From Macrostomum lignano (lineage: Eukaryota): DNA of 64,000 nt. Below, piece after piece: positions 50,125 through 60,911 of the stretch. The stretch spans positions 1 through 64,000 of the forward strand of contig NIVC01003153.1 of NCBI GenBank assembly GCA_002269645.1, read 5' to 3'. The notes beneath the pieces were generated by a model. That model saw only the letters and a program-made list of their open reading frames with translations. It was not told the DNA's origin and made no database searches. Position numbers and translations under genes: made by a program. Within the stretch, counting starts at the first letter, position 1, and each line of letters begins with the position of its first letter.

Positions 50125-50277
50125 GCGCGGAGGCTGCGTACGGCTGTTGAGTCCAAGGACTGGCGGGGGGGGGGGGCTCAATTACCCCAGCTGGGTGAAC
50201 TGAAGCAATGCAGAGCTGAGTTTCGGGATCCGGAATCGAACCCCCGACGCTCTAACCACTAGTAGGCTGCAACACCC
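50125..50277 (-). mobile_element. Internally deleted copy of the tRNA/CORE SINE
   Basis: Shares TACGGCTGTT..GTCCAAGGACTGG, CTCAATTACCCCAGCT, GGGTGAACTGAAGCAATGCAGAG and GAATCGAACCCCCGA with the copy at 52627-52939. Confidence 0.85.
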
Positions 50278-50796
50278 TATTTGAAGGACTGGGTAAGTGA
50301 GGATTCTCAAACTCAGTCACACACCAATCCCTAGGATGCAGGGTGAATGCTAGATAAAGTCCTGCTCATGACTGCGGGCCAGATGAGAGAGGAAAGGAAA
50401 AAGATGAGAGATGACATGAGAAAAAGAAGACTCAAATCTATATGAGATTTATGTAGAGCTTAAACAAGGGCCGCATGTGAACTCAGGGAGATGTGCAATG
50501 GTCATTGCCTTCTTCCAGAGACATATTTCACTACACAGTGGTTGCTCTCCCATCTGCCCTTTTGCGATCTAGAAGAGGGCGGGCGCATCACGGCCTCGCG
50601 GCCTATTCGCGGCGCTCTGCTCCCCCGTCAGTAGTAAGTAAACAAGTAGTATGTGGCCCCGTGGACCTTATGGAAGCAAATGGGGTTTCAGGAGACAAGC
50701 TCAAAATTTGGGATTTTTTAGGAAGCACACTCCGATCCCCAAAAGCTAGGATTCTAGGAATCAGCGAATTATAACAGCTAGCCTTAGTCAGCTCAC

Positions 50797-51451
50797 CTGT
50801 GCACATAACGGCGTGCAGATTGGCTCCGCCGATAGCGCGATCGCCGTTGAACACGGGCATCTGGCAGCAGTTGGAGTTGCTGCACACCAGCTTGCCGCAG
50901 GCCAGGCACTTGGCCGGCTGGAGACTTCGGCCGGCCGGGCCCGGGCCAGCGCCGGACGGGCACTGGAAGTCGCTGCATTCCAGCAGCAGGTCGGTATAGT
51001 CGGTAGGCAAGCTGACCAGCCGGGCCGCCTGCCTGGGATACCTGACAGCCGGGCTGGCAGCTCTGGCCTGCAGCCTGGCAGAGTCTTGGCACCACAGGGA
51101 CACCAGCTGCTCTGTGGGCAGGTCGCACGGCCGGCGGGGCAGCTGCAGCAGGCCGGCCAGCCAGGCGAACTCCGCCTCGGCCGAGGACGCAGGCTCCGGC
51201 TCCGACGGCGCCGAGGCGTCGGTCAGGGCGCGATAGAAAATGGCGGCGCAACGGAGCAGCGGCAGGCAGGCGGCGGCGACTTGATCGGCCAGGCCGGGGC
51301 CGGACAGGGCGGCTGGCGGCAGGCCGACGGCGCTGCGGCACTGGCGGACCAGCCGGTCGAGTTTCCGACAGTCGCTGTCGTCTCCAGAGGCGTCGGCATC
51401 GGAGTCGGCGTTAGTGGAAGCCTCGGGATCGCTCGGCAAGGTGAGGCAGAT
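50797..51451 (-). CDS. UBR1: UBR1/UBR2-like E3 ligase exon
   Basis: CLPLLRCAAIF, LVSLPTDYTDLL..FQCP, CLACGKLVCSNSNCCQ motifs; acceptor GGCAG|ATC (phase 0), donor ACAG|GTGAGC (phase 1). Confidence 0.92.
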
Positions 51452-51519
51452 CTGCCGGGGTTGGTTGGGACGGCGGATAGGAGGGAGTTCTGCTATAAGA
51501 AATCGAAGTTTACCCTATC

Positions 51520-51955
51520 TAGGAATCAGGATTCCCTTACTTGAAACGGGGATTCCCCTACAAGAAATCGGGATTTCGCCTATAAGAAATGGGATTTCCC
51601 TACTATAAATAGGTATCCCCTACTATAAATGGGGATTTTCCGACTAGAAATCGGGATTTTCCTTCTATGAATCGGGATTACCCTACTAAGAATCGGGATT
51701 CCCCTACTGAAAATCGGGATTTTCCTTCTATGAAACGGGATTCCCCTACTGAAAATCGGGATTTTCATTCCATGAATCGGGATTCCCCTACTAAGAATCG
51801 GGATTTTCCTTCTATGAATCGGGATTTTCCTTCTTTGAATCGGGATTCCCCTACTAGGAATCGGGATTTTCCTTCTATGAATCGGGATTTTTCTTCTATG
51901 AATCGGGATTTTCCTTCTTTGAATCGGGATTCCTCAACTAGGAATCGGGATTCAT
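51520..51955. repeat. ~21-bp minisatellite (GAATCGGGATTTTCCTTCTAT / GAATCGGGATTCCCCTACTAA) in a UBR intron
   Basis: Directly visible. Confidence 0.94.
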
Positions 51956-51999
51956 GGTTTCTCCTATCGGATATTGAGGAATTTCAATCAAATACAAAC

Positions 52000-52458
52000 C
52001 TGAAAAACGTGCGCTCCGGCAACCAGGCGAATCAGGCGACACAGATCGGCAACAGAGCAGTCGGGCGGCTGCCCGGCCATGCGGTACAGGCAGTAGGTGA
52101 GCTGCACCAGACAGGTGGACATGTCCGCCTCTAGCAGACAGGGCAGAGGCAGATTGGGACGCTGGAGATGCAGCAGCAGGCTCAGGTTATTAATAGCCAG
52201 CTGATGCAACCGGTCGAAATCCGAGTCCGAAGCGACCGGCCGCTGAGCCACTGCGCGGACGAGGGCGGCCAGGCCGACCGCGCATCGCTCCGGCAGGGCG
52301 GCGAACAGCGGCCGCTCCGTGGCCCGGCCGGCAGTCTCGGCCGCCTGCAGGCTAAATGCCACCGTCAGGAGCAGCGGGTCGGCTTTTTCTGGCAGCTTCC
52401 AGCCTGTCGGCATCAGCTCAGGCGGCAGGTCGGCGCCCAGACCGCGAACCTCGCACAC
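52000..52458 (-). CDS. UBR1: UBR1/UBR2-like E3 ligase exon
   Basis: TVAFSLQAAE..ERPLFAALPER..LAALVR; acceptor ACCCAG|GTG and donor CAG|GTTTGT, both phase 0 (153 codons). Confidence 0.88.
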
Positions 52459-52626
52459 CTGGGTATAACAAATTAATATTTGCAGAATACTTCTGAAGCC
52501 AGCGCTGAGGCGAGTCTGCCTGACCCCGATGAATACGGTAACAGCAGAGTCGTTGCAGGTAACACACAGGTAAAAATAGGAAAGAAGTGACTCTAGACGA
52601 CTTGAAACCAACGATATATCACGGTA

Positions 52627-52939
52627 ATAATATAATTATTATTTACACCTGCCTCAATAGGGCCAGATGAGCAACCGACAGCTCAGCCGCAGCTATTGCG
52701 CGGCGCATCTGAAGGCTGTGTACGGCTGTTCAGTCCAAGGACTGGGGGGGGGGGTCGCCACACACCCTCAATTACCCCAGCTAATGCTGGCACCCATTTT
52801 ACAGCTGGGTGAACTGAAGCAATGCAGAGTTAAGTGTCTCTTGCTCAAGGACACAAATTGTTCCAGTGGGAACGAGAATCGAACCCCCGACCTTTCAGTC
52901 GTGAGTCCGATGCTCTAACTACTAGGCTACAACCCCATA
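52627..52939 (-). mobile_element. tRNA-derived SINE with a CORE(MIR)-like central domain, 313 bp
   Basis: Minus strand shows A box TAGCCTAGTAG, B box GGTTCGATTC, CORE-like TGTGTCCTTGAGCAAG..ACTTAAC..GCTTCAGTT..CTGTAAAATGGG and an AT-rich tail; 9-bp TSD ATCACGGTA at 52618-52626 and 52940-52948. Confidence 0.9.
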
Positions 52940-52949
52940 ATCACGGTAT

Positions 52950-53205
52950 AAGTCGCCAAAGAGTCGCCTAACAGTCAATTTGAAACGTATTATTGTCCGC
53001 GACTTCAAAACGACTCTGAGGCCGTAGAGTCGTACCTGAGGCGTGCTGGGGTCGCTGCAGAATCACCGACTTGCGTCTAAAGCGGATCTGCGTCACTTGA
53101 TGAATTAGAATCGCATTCATTTCGCATCTAAAGCAACTCTATTTAGGTAGAAAGTCAATCGCTCTTAGACTCTTCCGACGACTTTAAGGCGACTCTTTTA
53201 CGATT
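52950..53205. mobile_element. Probable MITE abutting the SINE
   Basis: AAAGAGTCGCCTAACAGTC near the left end pairs imperfectly with GACTTTAAGGCGACTCTTT near the right end; internal GAGTCG/CGACTC repeats; TSD not resolved. Confidence 0.6.
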
Positions 53206-53380
53206 CTGCAACTCACGTGAGCCGCTCGTGACTCTTAATTGCATTTTCAACGCTTGAGTCACCAGGCATGTACACTCCCTGTGCCTTGGGTGGGGGCTGT
53301 CCCTCTCTCATATGAGTGTGAATCGCAAGCCCCACATAAATGTGGCCTCACAAGTCATATCGAACAAAACTCGCGCATAC

Positions 53381-53973
53381 CTTGGCCAAATTGTTCAGCG
53401 CGTGCGCAGCTTCGGCGCCGGGCCAGGAGTTGTCGTCGTGATTTTTTCTAAAAGCCACAACTCTAGACTCGGCGGCGGCTTGCGGCGGCCATTTTGGCAG
53501 GCCGGCTGCGACCCCGTCCCGGATGCTTGACAGCCAGCTGTCGAAGCGGCCGCTGTCAGCGTTGGCATCGAACTGGTGCTGCTGCTGCTCAGCTGAACAC
53601 GGCAGGCTGGGGGCAACAGGCAGGGCGCAGTTGCACAGCTGCTGGCACAGAGGGCACAGGTAGCGGCTGCGGCCGAGCTCGCCGCCCCGGTTCACGTGCA
53701 CATTAGACGGCGAGTCCATGAAGTCCGAATAGCAGGACCGGTGCATGGCGTGGCCGCACGACGAGAAATGCGAGCCTTCCAATAGTTCGGCCTCGACAAA
53801 GCAGCCGGACCAGTCGGTGTCGCGGGACCGGCCTCGGTCCTGGCTGAGCACGGTGGAGCGCTGCACCAGTCCGGCTAGAAGCATGGGGTCCCTGGAGTCG
53901 GGCCGGTTGGCCTCCTGGCACAGCAGGCAGGTCAGGCCCGGCTGCGGCTCGTGCGCCACCGTGCGATTGGGGC
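53381..53973 (-). CDS. UBR1: UBR1/UBR2-like E3 ligase, RING-H2 exon
   Basis: TCLLCQE..VQRSTVL..SSCGHAMHRSC..YLCPLCQQLCNCALP; phase-1 acceptor and phase-0 donor AAG|GTATGC. Confidence 0.95.
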
Positions 53974-54074
53974 CTGCGAAGATTGGGGTGGGGGAGGATG
54001 GTTTTGATTAATTTGCTATCTGCGCTACTATAAGTAGGCGATGGCCTAGCAATTTTTAATTTAGGTAATTTCGA

Positions 54075-54360
54075 CTAGTAAATGTGAAATACCAGTTGAG
54101 GAATGTGAACTGCCGGAAAAGGAATGTGAAATGTTGATAAAGGAATGTGAAATGTCGCTAAAGGAGTGTGAAATGTTGATAAAGGAGTGTGAAATGTTTA
54201 TAAAGGAATGTGAAATGTTGATAAAGGAGTGTGAAATGTTGATAAAGGAGTGTGAAATGTTGATAAAGGAGTGTGAAATGTTGATAAAGGAGTGTGAAAT
54301 GTTGATAAAGGAGTGTGAAATGTAGGTTAATAAATGTGAGAGGTTGGTGAGAAATGTGAA
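54075..54360. repeat. 21-bp minisatellite (GTGAAATGTTGATAAAGGAGT) in a UBR intron
   Basis: Directly visible. Confidence 0.95.
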
Positions 54361-54409
54361 ATGCCAGTACAGGTGAAGTGTCATAAAGACCGAAGCCCCC
54401 AGGCCTCAC

Positions 54410-55223
54410 CAATAAGCGGTCCGTCGGACCGTCGACCAGCAGAAGTCGACTCTGTCGAATTCTCCGACGCTGTCGCTCCGCCGCTTTTATCGTCGGCCTG
54501 TTCAACCAAGTCGCCGTACTCGGCCAGGAAGTTCTTCTGCATTCGCATCATCTTGGCCATCAGGCGGTCCCGCCGATCCTGAGCCAGCTTCTGCTGCTGA
54601 CGCCGACGAACCTCGGCCTCGGCGGCGTCCCTGGCCGCGTCCAGGCCGCCCGAGCCGCCACCGCCGACTTCTCCAGCCTCGTTGCCGCCACTTTCGCCGC
54701 CTTCGCCCTGACCGCTGCACAGTCGGCGAAGCCTCGCCAAAGTGTAGCCGTGCAGCTGCCTGACTGAGTCCATCGCCAGGCGCGATTTCGGCACCGATTC
54801 CATCGCCGACATCAAGCTGGCCTCGCCGATGCCAGACAGCACGCAGTCGAGAAATCGTCGATCGCCCCGACGTTGGTCTTCGTCAAGGCCTACTAGCATC
54901 AGGTAGAGGACTCGTTCCAGCTGCACCTCCGACCAATGCCGCTTCGAGCTGGCGCCGGCGTCCTTGGTTGCCTGGACAACGGCACGCATCAGGCCGAGCA
55001 TGACGTCGCAGTGCAGCAATTCAACAATCGGCTGGTAGGCTGCGGCAAAGGCCAGCAGCTGCGGCGGCCGAACAATTGGCAGGTCGGCGGCTGGCGTAGC
55101 TGCCCGCCGTTTGGTCATGCTGTGCAGCGCCTTGGAGGTGGCCGACTTGGCCAGGCGCGGGTAGAACGGATTGAACCGGCTGTAGTGCTGCTCGCGCAGG
55201 TGGAACTCGCCTTTGTTTTGGCC
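54410..55223 (-). CDS. UBR1: UBR1/UBR2-like E3 ligase exon
   Basis: GEFHLREQHYSRFNPFY, LLHCDVM, WSEVQLERVLYL and RRDRLMAKMMRMQKNF motifs; splice phases 0 and 1 are consistent with neighbouring exons. Confidence 0.93.
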
Positions 55224-55289
55224 CTGACAGTGCAGGTTAGAAATAATGTACATTCATTCTGTGTGTTAACTAGCTGGCCGTATCTTCGG

Positions 55290-55790
55290 TACTTCAGTGG
55301 GTACCCCTCAGGTATTTCAGCGGGTACCCTTCAGGTGTTTAAGCGGTTACCCCTCAGGTATTTCAGCGGGTACCCCTCAGGTGTTTAAGCGGTTACCCCT
55401 CAGGTATTTCAGCGGGTACCCCTCAGGTGTTTAAGCGGTTACCCCTCAGGTATTTCAGCGGGTACCCCTCAGGTGTTTAAGCGGTTACCCCTCAGGTATT
55501 TCAGCGGGTACCCCTCAGGTGTTTAAGCGGTTACCCCTCAGGTATTTCAGCGGGTACCCCTCAGGTGTTTAAGCGGTTACCCCTCAGGTATTTCAGCGGG
55601 TACCCCTCAGGTGTTTAAGCGGTTACCCCTCAGGTATTTAAGCCGGTGCCCTCAGATACTTCAGCCGGTACCCTCAGATACTTCAGCCGGTACCCTCAGA
55701 TACTTCAGCCGGTACCCTCAGATACTTCAGCCGGTACCCTCAGATACTTCAGCCGGTACCCTCAAGCACTTCAGCCGGTGCCCTCAGACA
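55290..55790. repeat. 46-bp (2x23) then 22-bp GGTACC-containing minisatellite in a UBR intron
   Basis: Directly visible; two related sub-arrays. Confidence 0.95.
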
Positions 55791-55895
55791 CTGATTACGA
55801 AAAAGCCCACACTTATCGAGTCAAAGGTTGACACTCAGTTACTTTAACTCGCTACTGACAGTAGCAACTACGGAAAGCATAAAACCCAGACGCAC

Positions 55896-56556
55896 CTGGA
55901 CCCCCCGGAACTCGGCCAGCTTGTCAATAACTCCGTCCAATTTAGCAAAGCACTCCAGCTGCCTATCAGCCGCTGGCAATTTCCGCACTAAATCGTTAGC
56001 CAATCGCAGCAGTTTAGAATGCGACTGCGGCTCCGCAACCAGATGCTGCAACAAATCTTCTTCAACCATTTCCATAAAGGCTACAGACTGGCCAACGCCC
56101 GGCACTCTACGTTCGCACACCACATTGATGAGGCAGCGCAGCATCTCTTCAACAATAGACCGTTCGGCCTCATTGTCGTAGCGCTCGGCGGCAGATTCAC
56201 TAGAACTCGCGGCTCCCAGAGTCCAGCGTTGCAATTCGAAAGCGTCCAGCAAGCGCAGTATGAACTGGTCTGGCGGCACCGTGGCAGCGGCCAGTTGCAC
56301 CAGGTGCAGGTCTCTGAGGGACATGCCGACAGCGGCTGACTGGTGGCTGCTGTACTGCAGGTTCACATTCATCAGGGCCAAGCCGTTGCGTTTCCACAGG
56401 CCGGCGGCGATCTGGGCTGACCAAGCCAGCTGCCTGGCGGATGTCAGCCAGGCGATCTCGAAGCCCGGCCGGTTGGCCAGCAGCTCCAGCTGACGGCGGC
56501 ACTGCGGCGAAGCCTCGTGATTGGCCATGGTGCAGGCCAGCAGTGAGTCCAGGAAT
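55896..56556 (-). CDS. UBR1: UBR1/UBR2-like E3 ligase exon
   Basis: AQIAAGLWKRNG, EEMLRCLINVVCERRVPGVG and EPQSHSKL motifs; phase-2 acceptor CTACTCAG|A and phase-0 donor CAG|GTGCGT. Confidence 0.94.
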
Positions 56557-56584
56557 CTGAGTAGGGGTGATGGAGAAACTTGTG

Positions 56585-57280
56585 GCAGTGAGATTCTGAG
56601 ATGGGAGATTTCCAACAGTTTTTGAGCAGTGAGATTCTGAGATGGGAGATTTCCAACAGTTTTTGAGCAGTGAGATTCTGAGATGGGAGATTTCCAACAG
56701 TTTTTGAGCAGTGAGATTCTGAGATGGGAGATTTCCAACAGTTTTTGAGCAGTGAGATTCTGAGATGGGAGATTTCCAACAGTTTTTCAGCAGTGAGATT
56801 CTGAGATGGGAGATTTCTAACAGTTTTTGAGCAGTGAGATTCTGAGATGGGAGATTTCCAACAGTTTTTGAGCAGTGAGATTCTGAGATGGGAGATTTCC
56901 AACAGTTTTTCAGCAGTGAGATTCTGAGATGGGAGATTTCCAACAGTTTTTCAGCAGTGAGATTCTGAGATGGGAGATTTCTAACAGTTTTTGAGCAGTG
57001 AGATTCTGAGATGGGAGATTTCCAGCAGTTTTTGAGCAGTGAGATTCTGAGATGGGAGATTTCTAACAGTTTTTGAGCAGTGAGATTCTGAGATGGGAGA
57101 TTTCTAACAGTTTTTGAGCAGTGAGATTCTGAGATGGGAGATTTCCAACAGTTTTTGAGCAGTGAGATTCTGAGATGGGAGATTTCTAACAGTTTTTGAG
57201 CAGTGAGATTCTGAGATATCAGATTTCCAACAGTTTTTGAGCAGTGAGATTCTGAGCTGGGACACTTCAAACAGTGAGAT
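56585..57280. repeat. 41-bp minisatellite filling a UBR intron
   Basis: GCAGTGAGATTCTGAGATGGGAGATTTCCAACAGTTTTTGA, about 17 copies. Confidence 0.97.
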
Positions 57281-57361
57281 TTTAAAGTTTGAGACTTTGA
57301 TTAAATAGAGATAAAGAAGATCGAAAGTGAGATTTCAAACAAAGACTACAAAGAGTCTCAC

Positions 57362-57963
57362 CTGACCAGCGGTTGAAAGTGCGAAATGAACACCCGGCCG
57401 GACATGAGAGGAGCCAGCGCTCTCCCGGACAGCACGTGTCCGGCCAGACGGACTCTCTGTCCGGAATCGGCCAAGAAATTGGCACTGAGAGGCGGTTTCT
57501 GTTCAATAGCGTCGAGCACCTTGCCCAGTATAGTTGAGAACACGCTCTCATCTCTAGACAGGAACTCAGCCAGCAGGTGGTTCTGGTACATTGAGGACAG
57601 GAAGAAGATAAACGGCATCTCCCATTCGAAGTCGAAGCCGATGTGGCCAACAATGTAGCGCCTGGCGCAGCAGGTGTCCTGGAACAGGCTGTACACCTGC
57701 AGGAAGCTTGGCAGAGCCTCGTTAATTGCCGCGAAAAAGTTCGGCTCCAGTTGTTCGAAGTCGTTATGCAGCAGGTATTCGATATCGCGCACCAGGTGCA
57801 AGCTGCGATTCCAGCGCGAGAACGGCATTCGGTCATCTTCGCTGAACTTCAGTAACTGCCGGCCAGACTCTTGATGCTGCTGGACCGAGCGTTGCAGCAC
57901 CGACTTGATGAGAATGTCCACCAGAATCTTCAGGGCCTTCTGCTCCGTGATCAGGTACATCGC
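57362..57963 (-). CDS. UBR1: UBR1/UBR2-like E3 ligase exon; the 5' exons (UBR box) lie beyond the window
   Basis: CARRYIVGHIGFDFEWEMPF and ISHFQPLVR motifs; acceptor TACCGCAG|GCG, donor AG|GTGAGA. The seven exons total 4035 nt, or 1344 aa plus stop. Confidence 0.9.
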
Positions 57964-58015
57964 CTGCGGTAATCATGTTCAGTAATTAACGGTAAAATTA
58001 AAACATAGTCCTATT

Positions 58016-58180
58016 TGTACGTGCTTGCGTTTGGGGGGTGGTTGTTTGCAACGTGCGGCTGCGCCCGTGTGTGTGCAACACCCAAACCCCACCTCAATCT
58101 TCGGCTTATAAAATATATCGATTGTCAGGCCTGAGCGCCAAGTCGGTTTTCTCACAATCTCAAACCTCGCTCGTTTTACA
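58016..58180 (+). mobile_element. 5' LTR of a Gypsy-type element (165 bp)
   Basis: TGTA...TACA termini and internal TATAAAA; followed after 1 nt by a primer-binding site. Confidence 0.7.
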
Positions 58181-58181
58181 C

Positions 58182-58192
58182 TGGTGGCAGCG
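58182..58192 (+). promoter_or_regulatory. Primer-binding site TGGTGGCAGCG
   Basis: Reverse complement CGCTGCCACCA is a tRNA 3' end with CCA (Leu-type by recollection); it lies between the LTR end and the gag ATG. Confidence 0.8.
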
Positions 58193-58890
58193 ATGGACTC
58201 AACTCACACAAGTGAAAATAATGCTGCTTTGCTACCGCCGAAATTCTCCGGCCAGTCAAACGTGCACAAATGGCTCAGTGTCTTCGAAGACTTTGTAGAG
58301 GACAAAGGCTGGGACGACGCACAATCTGCTTCGAAGCTGAAGCTCCTGCTGCATGGTAAAGCCCAGATATGCGTTTGGGATCTGCCGGAGGCTGATAGGA
58401 AAAGCTACAAAAAGATAAAAGAGGTGCTACAAAAGCAGCCAGCCAGCATCGCGCCATGGAAGAGTTCCAAGATCGACGGAGAAACAGCGCAGAGACCCTG
58501 CGAGAGCTTTCGTACTCCTTGAGGCTGCTGTACATGACAGCACGGCCTGATGACTCCTCGGCGCTGCGAGATCGTGAGGTGAAATTTCGAATAATTCAGC
58601 TGATGACTGCGGACATACGCGACACCCTGCTCAAGGACAGGGACCTGGACTCCTGCACGCTGGAGGAGCTGGTCGAGCGGGCCACGAGGCTGGAGCAAAT
58701 CGCGAGCAAATGCAAACCAGGCAACTCGCCCGCAGTGGCGATGGTTGACGATCGACTGGCACGGCTGGAGCAGCAGCTGGAGACCCTGACGGCTGCGGTG
58801 ACGAGGGGCGGCAGCGCGAGAGGACGCGGTGGCGGCAGGCCGAGAGATCAGCAGCAGCGGTCATCAGGCTGCTTTCGGTGCGGTAAGGAA
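58193..58890 (+). CDS. LTR-retrotransposon Gag, with one apparent 1-nt deletion at about 58435, truncated within the zinc knuckle
   Basis: PPKFSG..WLSVFE..W..LKLLLHGKA..SYKKIKEVL, then EEFQDRRRNSAETLRELSYSLRLL; ends CFRCGKE with the GH..C half missing. Confidence 0.85.
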
Positions 58891-59379
58891 GCACGCGAAG
58901 GCGTATTCAGCATGCCAGTGAAGTATGAGACAGACTAGGCCTACGAGCTAAGGTCTGCGATGCTTCACGCCTGCCCCCATCTTCAGCAGGTCAAGGCTGG
59001 TGGGAGGTCTGCACCCTCTATTTGCCTCTGGCAGCCGCAGACTCCCCCACGCTGTCTCGCAAGTCGACCCAGGGGTACTCGTCCCGCGTGTGTTCAAGGC
59101 AGACCCTAGGGCTGCTGGACAGACTGGGCTCCGGCGCTGGCGACCCTATCCAGTGGCTTCGGCCGAATTTGGGTATGCGGGTCTGGCTCACCAGCCTGCA
59201 GGCCGTGGTACTGCTTAACGTACCCTCTAATGCCTAAGGTGTTTGACCGTGCCGATGGGCTGGAAGGCCGGGGAGTAGTCCGGTCGCTAGCGGTCCTTTT
59301 TTCAAACCGGCTGGCTTGAGGTGTCGGCCAGTCGGGTACTCAACTCGCATAACGAGTAGCCCTCCCCCGCTTTTCAGCT

Positions 59380-60909
59380 ATGGCCACTAACGCCACCATC
59401 TCTAAAGAAACTGACCCGGTCGCCTCTGGCTCACCGGGATCAGCCGCTCCGGTAGCTACCACTGGTAGCACCAACGCCCAACCTGGTCCAACCGGGCCAG
59501 CTGACGCTGCCGCCGATCACCCTGGCCGCCAGTCTAGCCGACCGCGCACGGCCGAGTCTCGACGACAGCGGAACATCCGCCGCAACCGTAAGCGGCAGGA
59601 GAAGCGGGCTGCTGCTGCGTCTGAGGAGGGCGGGCAAGCCGCGGTGAGGCCTTCGGGAGCCACCGCAGCGGGGAGGCCCTCTGGGGAGTCCGGTGGCGCG
59701 GCTGGGCCGTCAGGAACCGCCGTGTCCTCGGGCTCTCAGGGGGGCAACCCTGCCGGCCTACCGCCTTCCAAAGACAAAGCGGCCCCGCTCAAGACCTCCG
59801 AGTCCTACGCGTCCAAGGTCAAGCAGCCGCTGCAACCCACCGTGATGATCCTCGGCGGGGATTTCGACCTGACGCCCGAGCAGCTCGACGTCGCGTGGCG
59901 TACCATCGACGAGGGCTTGCTCAATCTAACCCTGGAGGGCGTCTTCGTGGACATCGTCAAGTCCACCAAGGCGAACGGGTGCATCCTACTGTGGTGCAAA
60001 TCCGAGGAGAGCACCCAGCTCCTGCGGGATCAGCTGCCCAAGTTCGACTGGCACAGCGACCTGGGCCAGCTGACCTTCGCCTTGGAGAGCGAGCGGCCGA
60101 AGACCATCCGCCATCGGATTTGGGTCCCGGCCGACAGTGCAATCAAGTCCGGGGAGCAGCTGCGGCAGCTCCTGCTCAAGCGGCACCCGGATCTCGACGC
60201 CAGTGGTCTTGTGTACCACAGCACGGTCCGCAAGGGCACGACCGGGGCCACAGTCATCCTCGGCCTGACGGAGGGATGGGCCAAGCGGCTACCGCACGGC
60301 ACAAACCTCCACCTTGGTCTCCATCAACTGACCATCCTCCGCTGTGAGGAGGGCAAGGTGGAGACCAAGAAAGACGGGAAGCGCGCCGCTCCCGGAGCTG
60401 GGGCTCATGCCCCGCCGGCCAAGCGGCAGCAGCAACCCGATCCCGAGCCTAACAAGGCTATTCGCGCTGCTGAGTCCGCCTCGCGCGGACGTAGACCCGC
60501 CCGCAGTAGCCGGCGGTCCGGTCTAATCCAGCGCGCACTTGACGAAGCTCAGTCTCTGAGACTTCACCTCGAGCAGACTCGTGCCGCTCGCAAAAACACT
60601 GAAAGCCAGCCGAGGGAACTGGACGACGGCACGGCTCAGCCTTCCAACTGGTGGGATTACCACCAGGAGGACGCTGCCGGCCGAGCTCAGACTCCCGACG
60701 GCGGGGCGCAAGGCGAAGGCAGCAGCCGTACCCCAGTCGCTGGGGAGGAGGGCGGTGTAGCGCGGCTAGGTGACTCACCTGCCGTGGGCGCCGTGTCCGC
60801 CTCCGCGGCGGCTGGGGAGGCGGCTGAGCCTGAGCCAATGGAAATTGGCGACTCAACTCTCACCGATGAGGCTGAGAATGAGTTGCTTTTCTCCTCCCCT
60901 GGACAGTAG
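59380..60909 (+). CDS. LINE ORF1 (509 aa)
   Basis: Intact ORF directly upstream of ORF2; SYASKVK motif and a central folded region (..RPKTIRHRIWVP..) resembling DUF4780-type ORF1 domains. Confidence 0.88.
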   Translation: MATNATISKETDPVASGSPGSAAPVATTGSTNAQPGPTGPADAAADHPGRQSSRPRTAESRRQRNIRRNRKRQEKRAAAASEEGGQAAVRPSGATAAGRPSGESGGAAGPSGTAVSSGSQGGNPAGLPPSKDKAAPLKTSESYASKVKQPLQPTVMILGGDFDLTPEQLDVAWRTIDEGLLNLTLEGVFVDIVKSTKANGCILLWCKSEESTQLLRDQLPKFDWHSDLGQLTFALESERPKTIRHRIWVPADSAIKSGEQLRQLLLKRHPDLDASGLVYHSTVRKGTTGATVILGLTEGWAKRLPHGTNLHLGLHQLTILRCEEGKVETKKDGKRAAPGAGAHAPPAKRQQQPDPEPNKAIRAAESASRGRRPARSSRRSGLIQRALDEAQSLRLHLEQTRAARKNTESQPRELDDGTAQPSNWWDYHQEDAAGRAQTPDGGAQGEGSSRTPVAGEEGGVARLGDSPAVGAVSASAAAGEAAEPEPMEIGDSTLTDEAENELLFSSPGQ

Positions 60910-60911
60910 AC

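Noticed and set aside
52860-52936. tRNA gene on the minus strand
   Set aside because: The acceptor stem is imperfect, and the segment is continuous with a CORE-like body, tail and TSD, so it is a SINE head.
58891-58980. Canonical HDV-like or hammerhead ribozyme
   Set aside because: There is no room for P3/L3/P1 between the candidate P2 and P4, the J4/2 does not fit CNRA, and there is no CUGANGA core.
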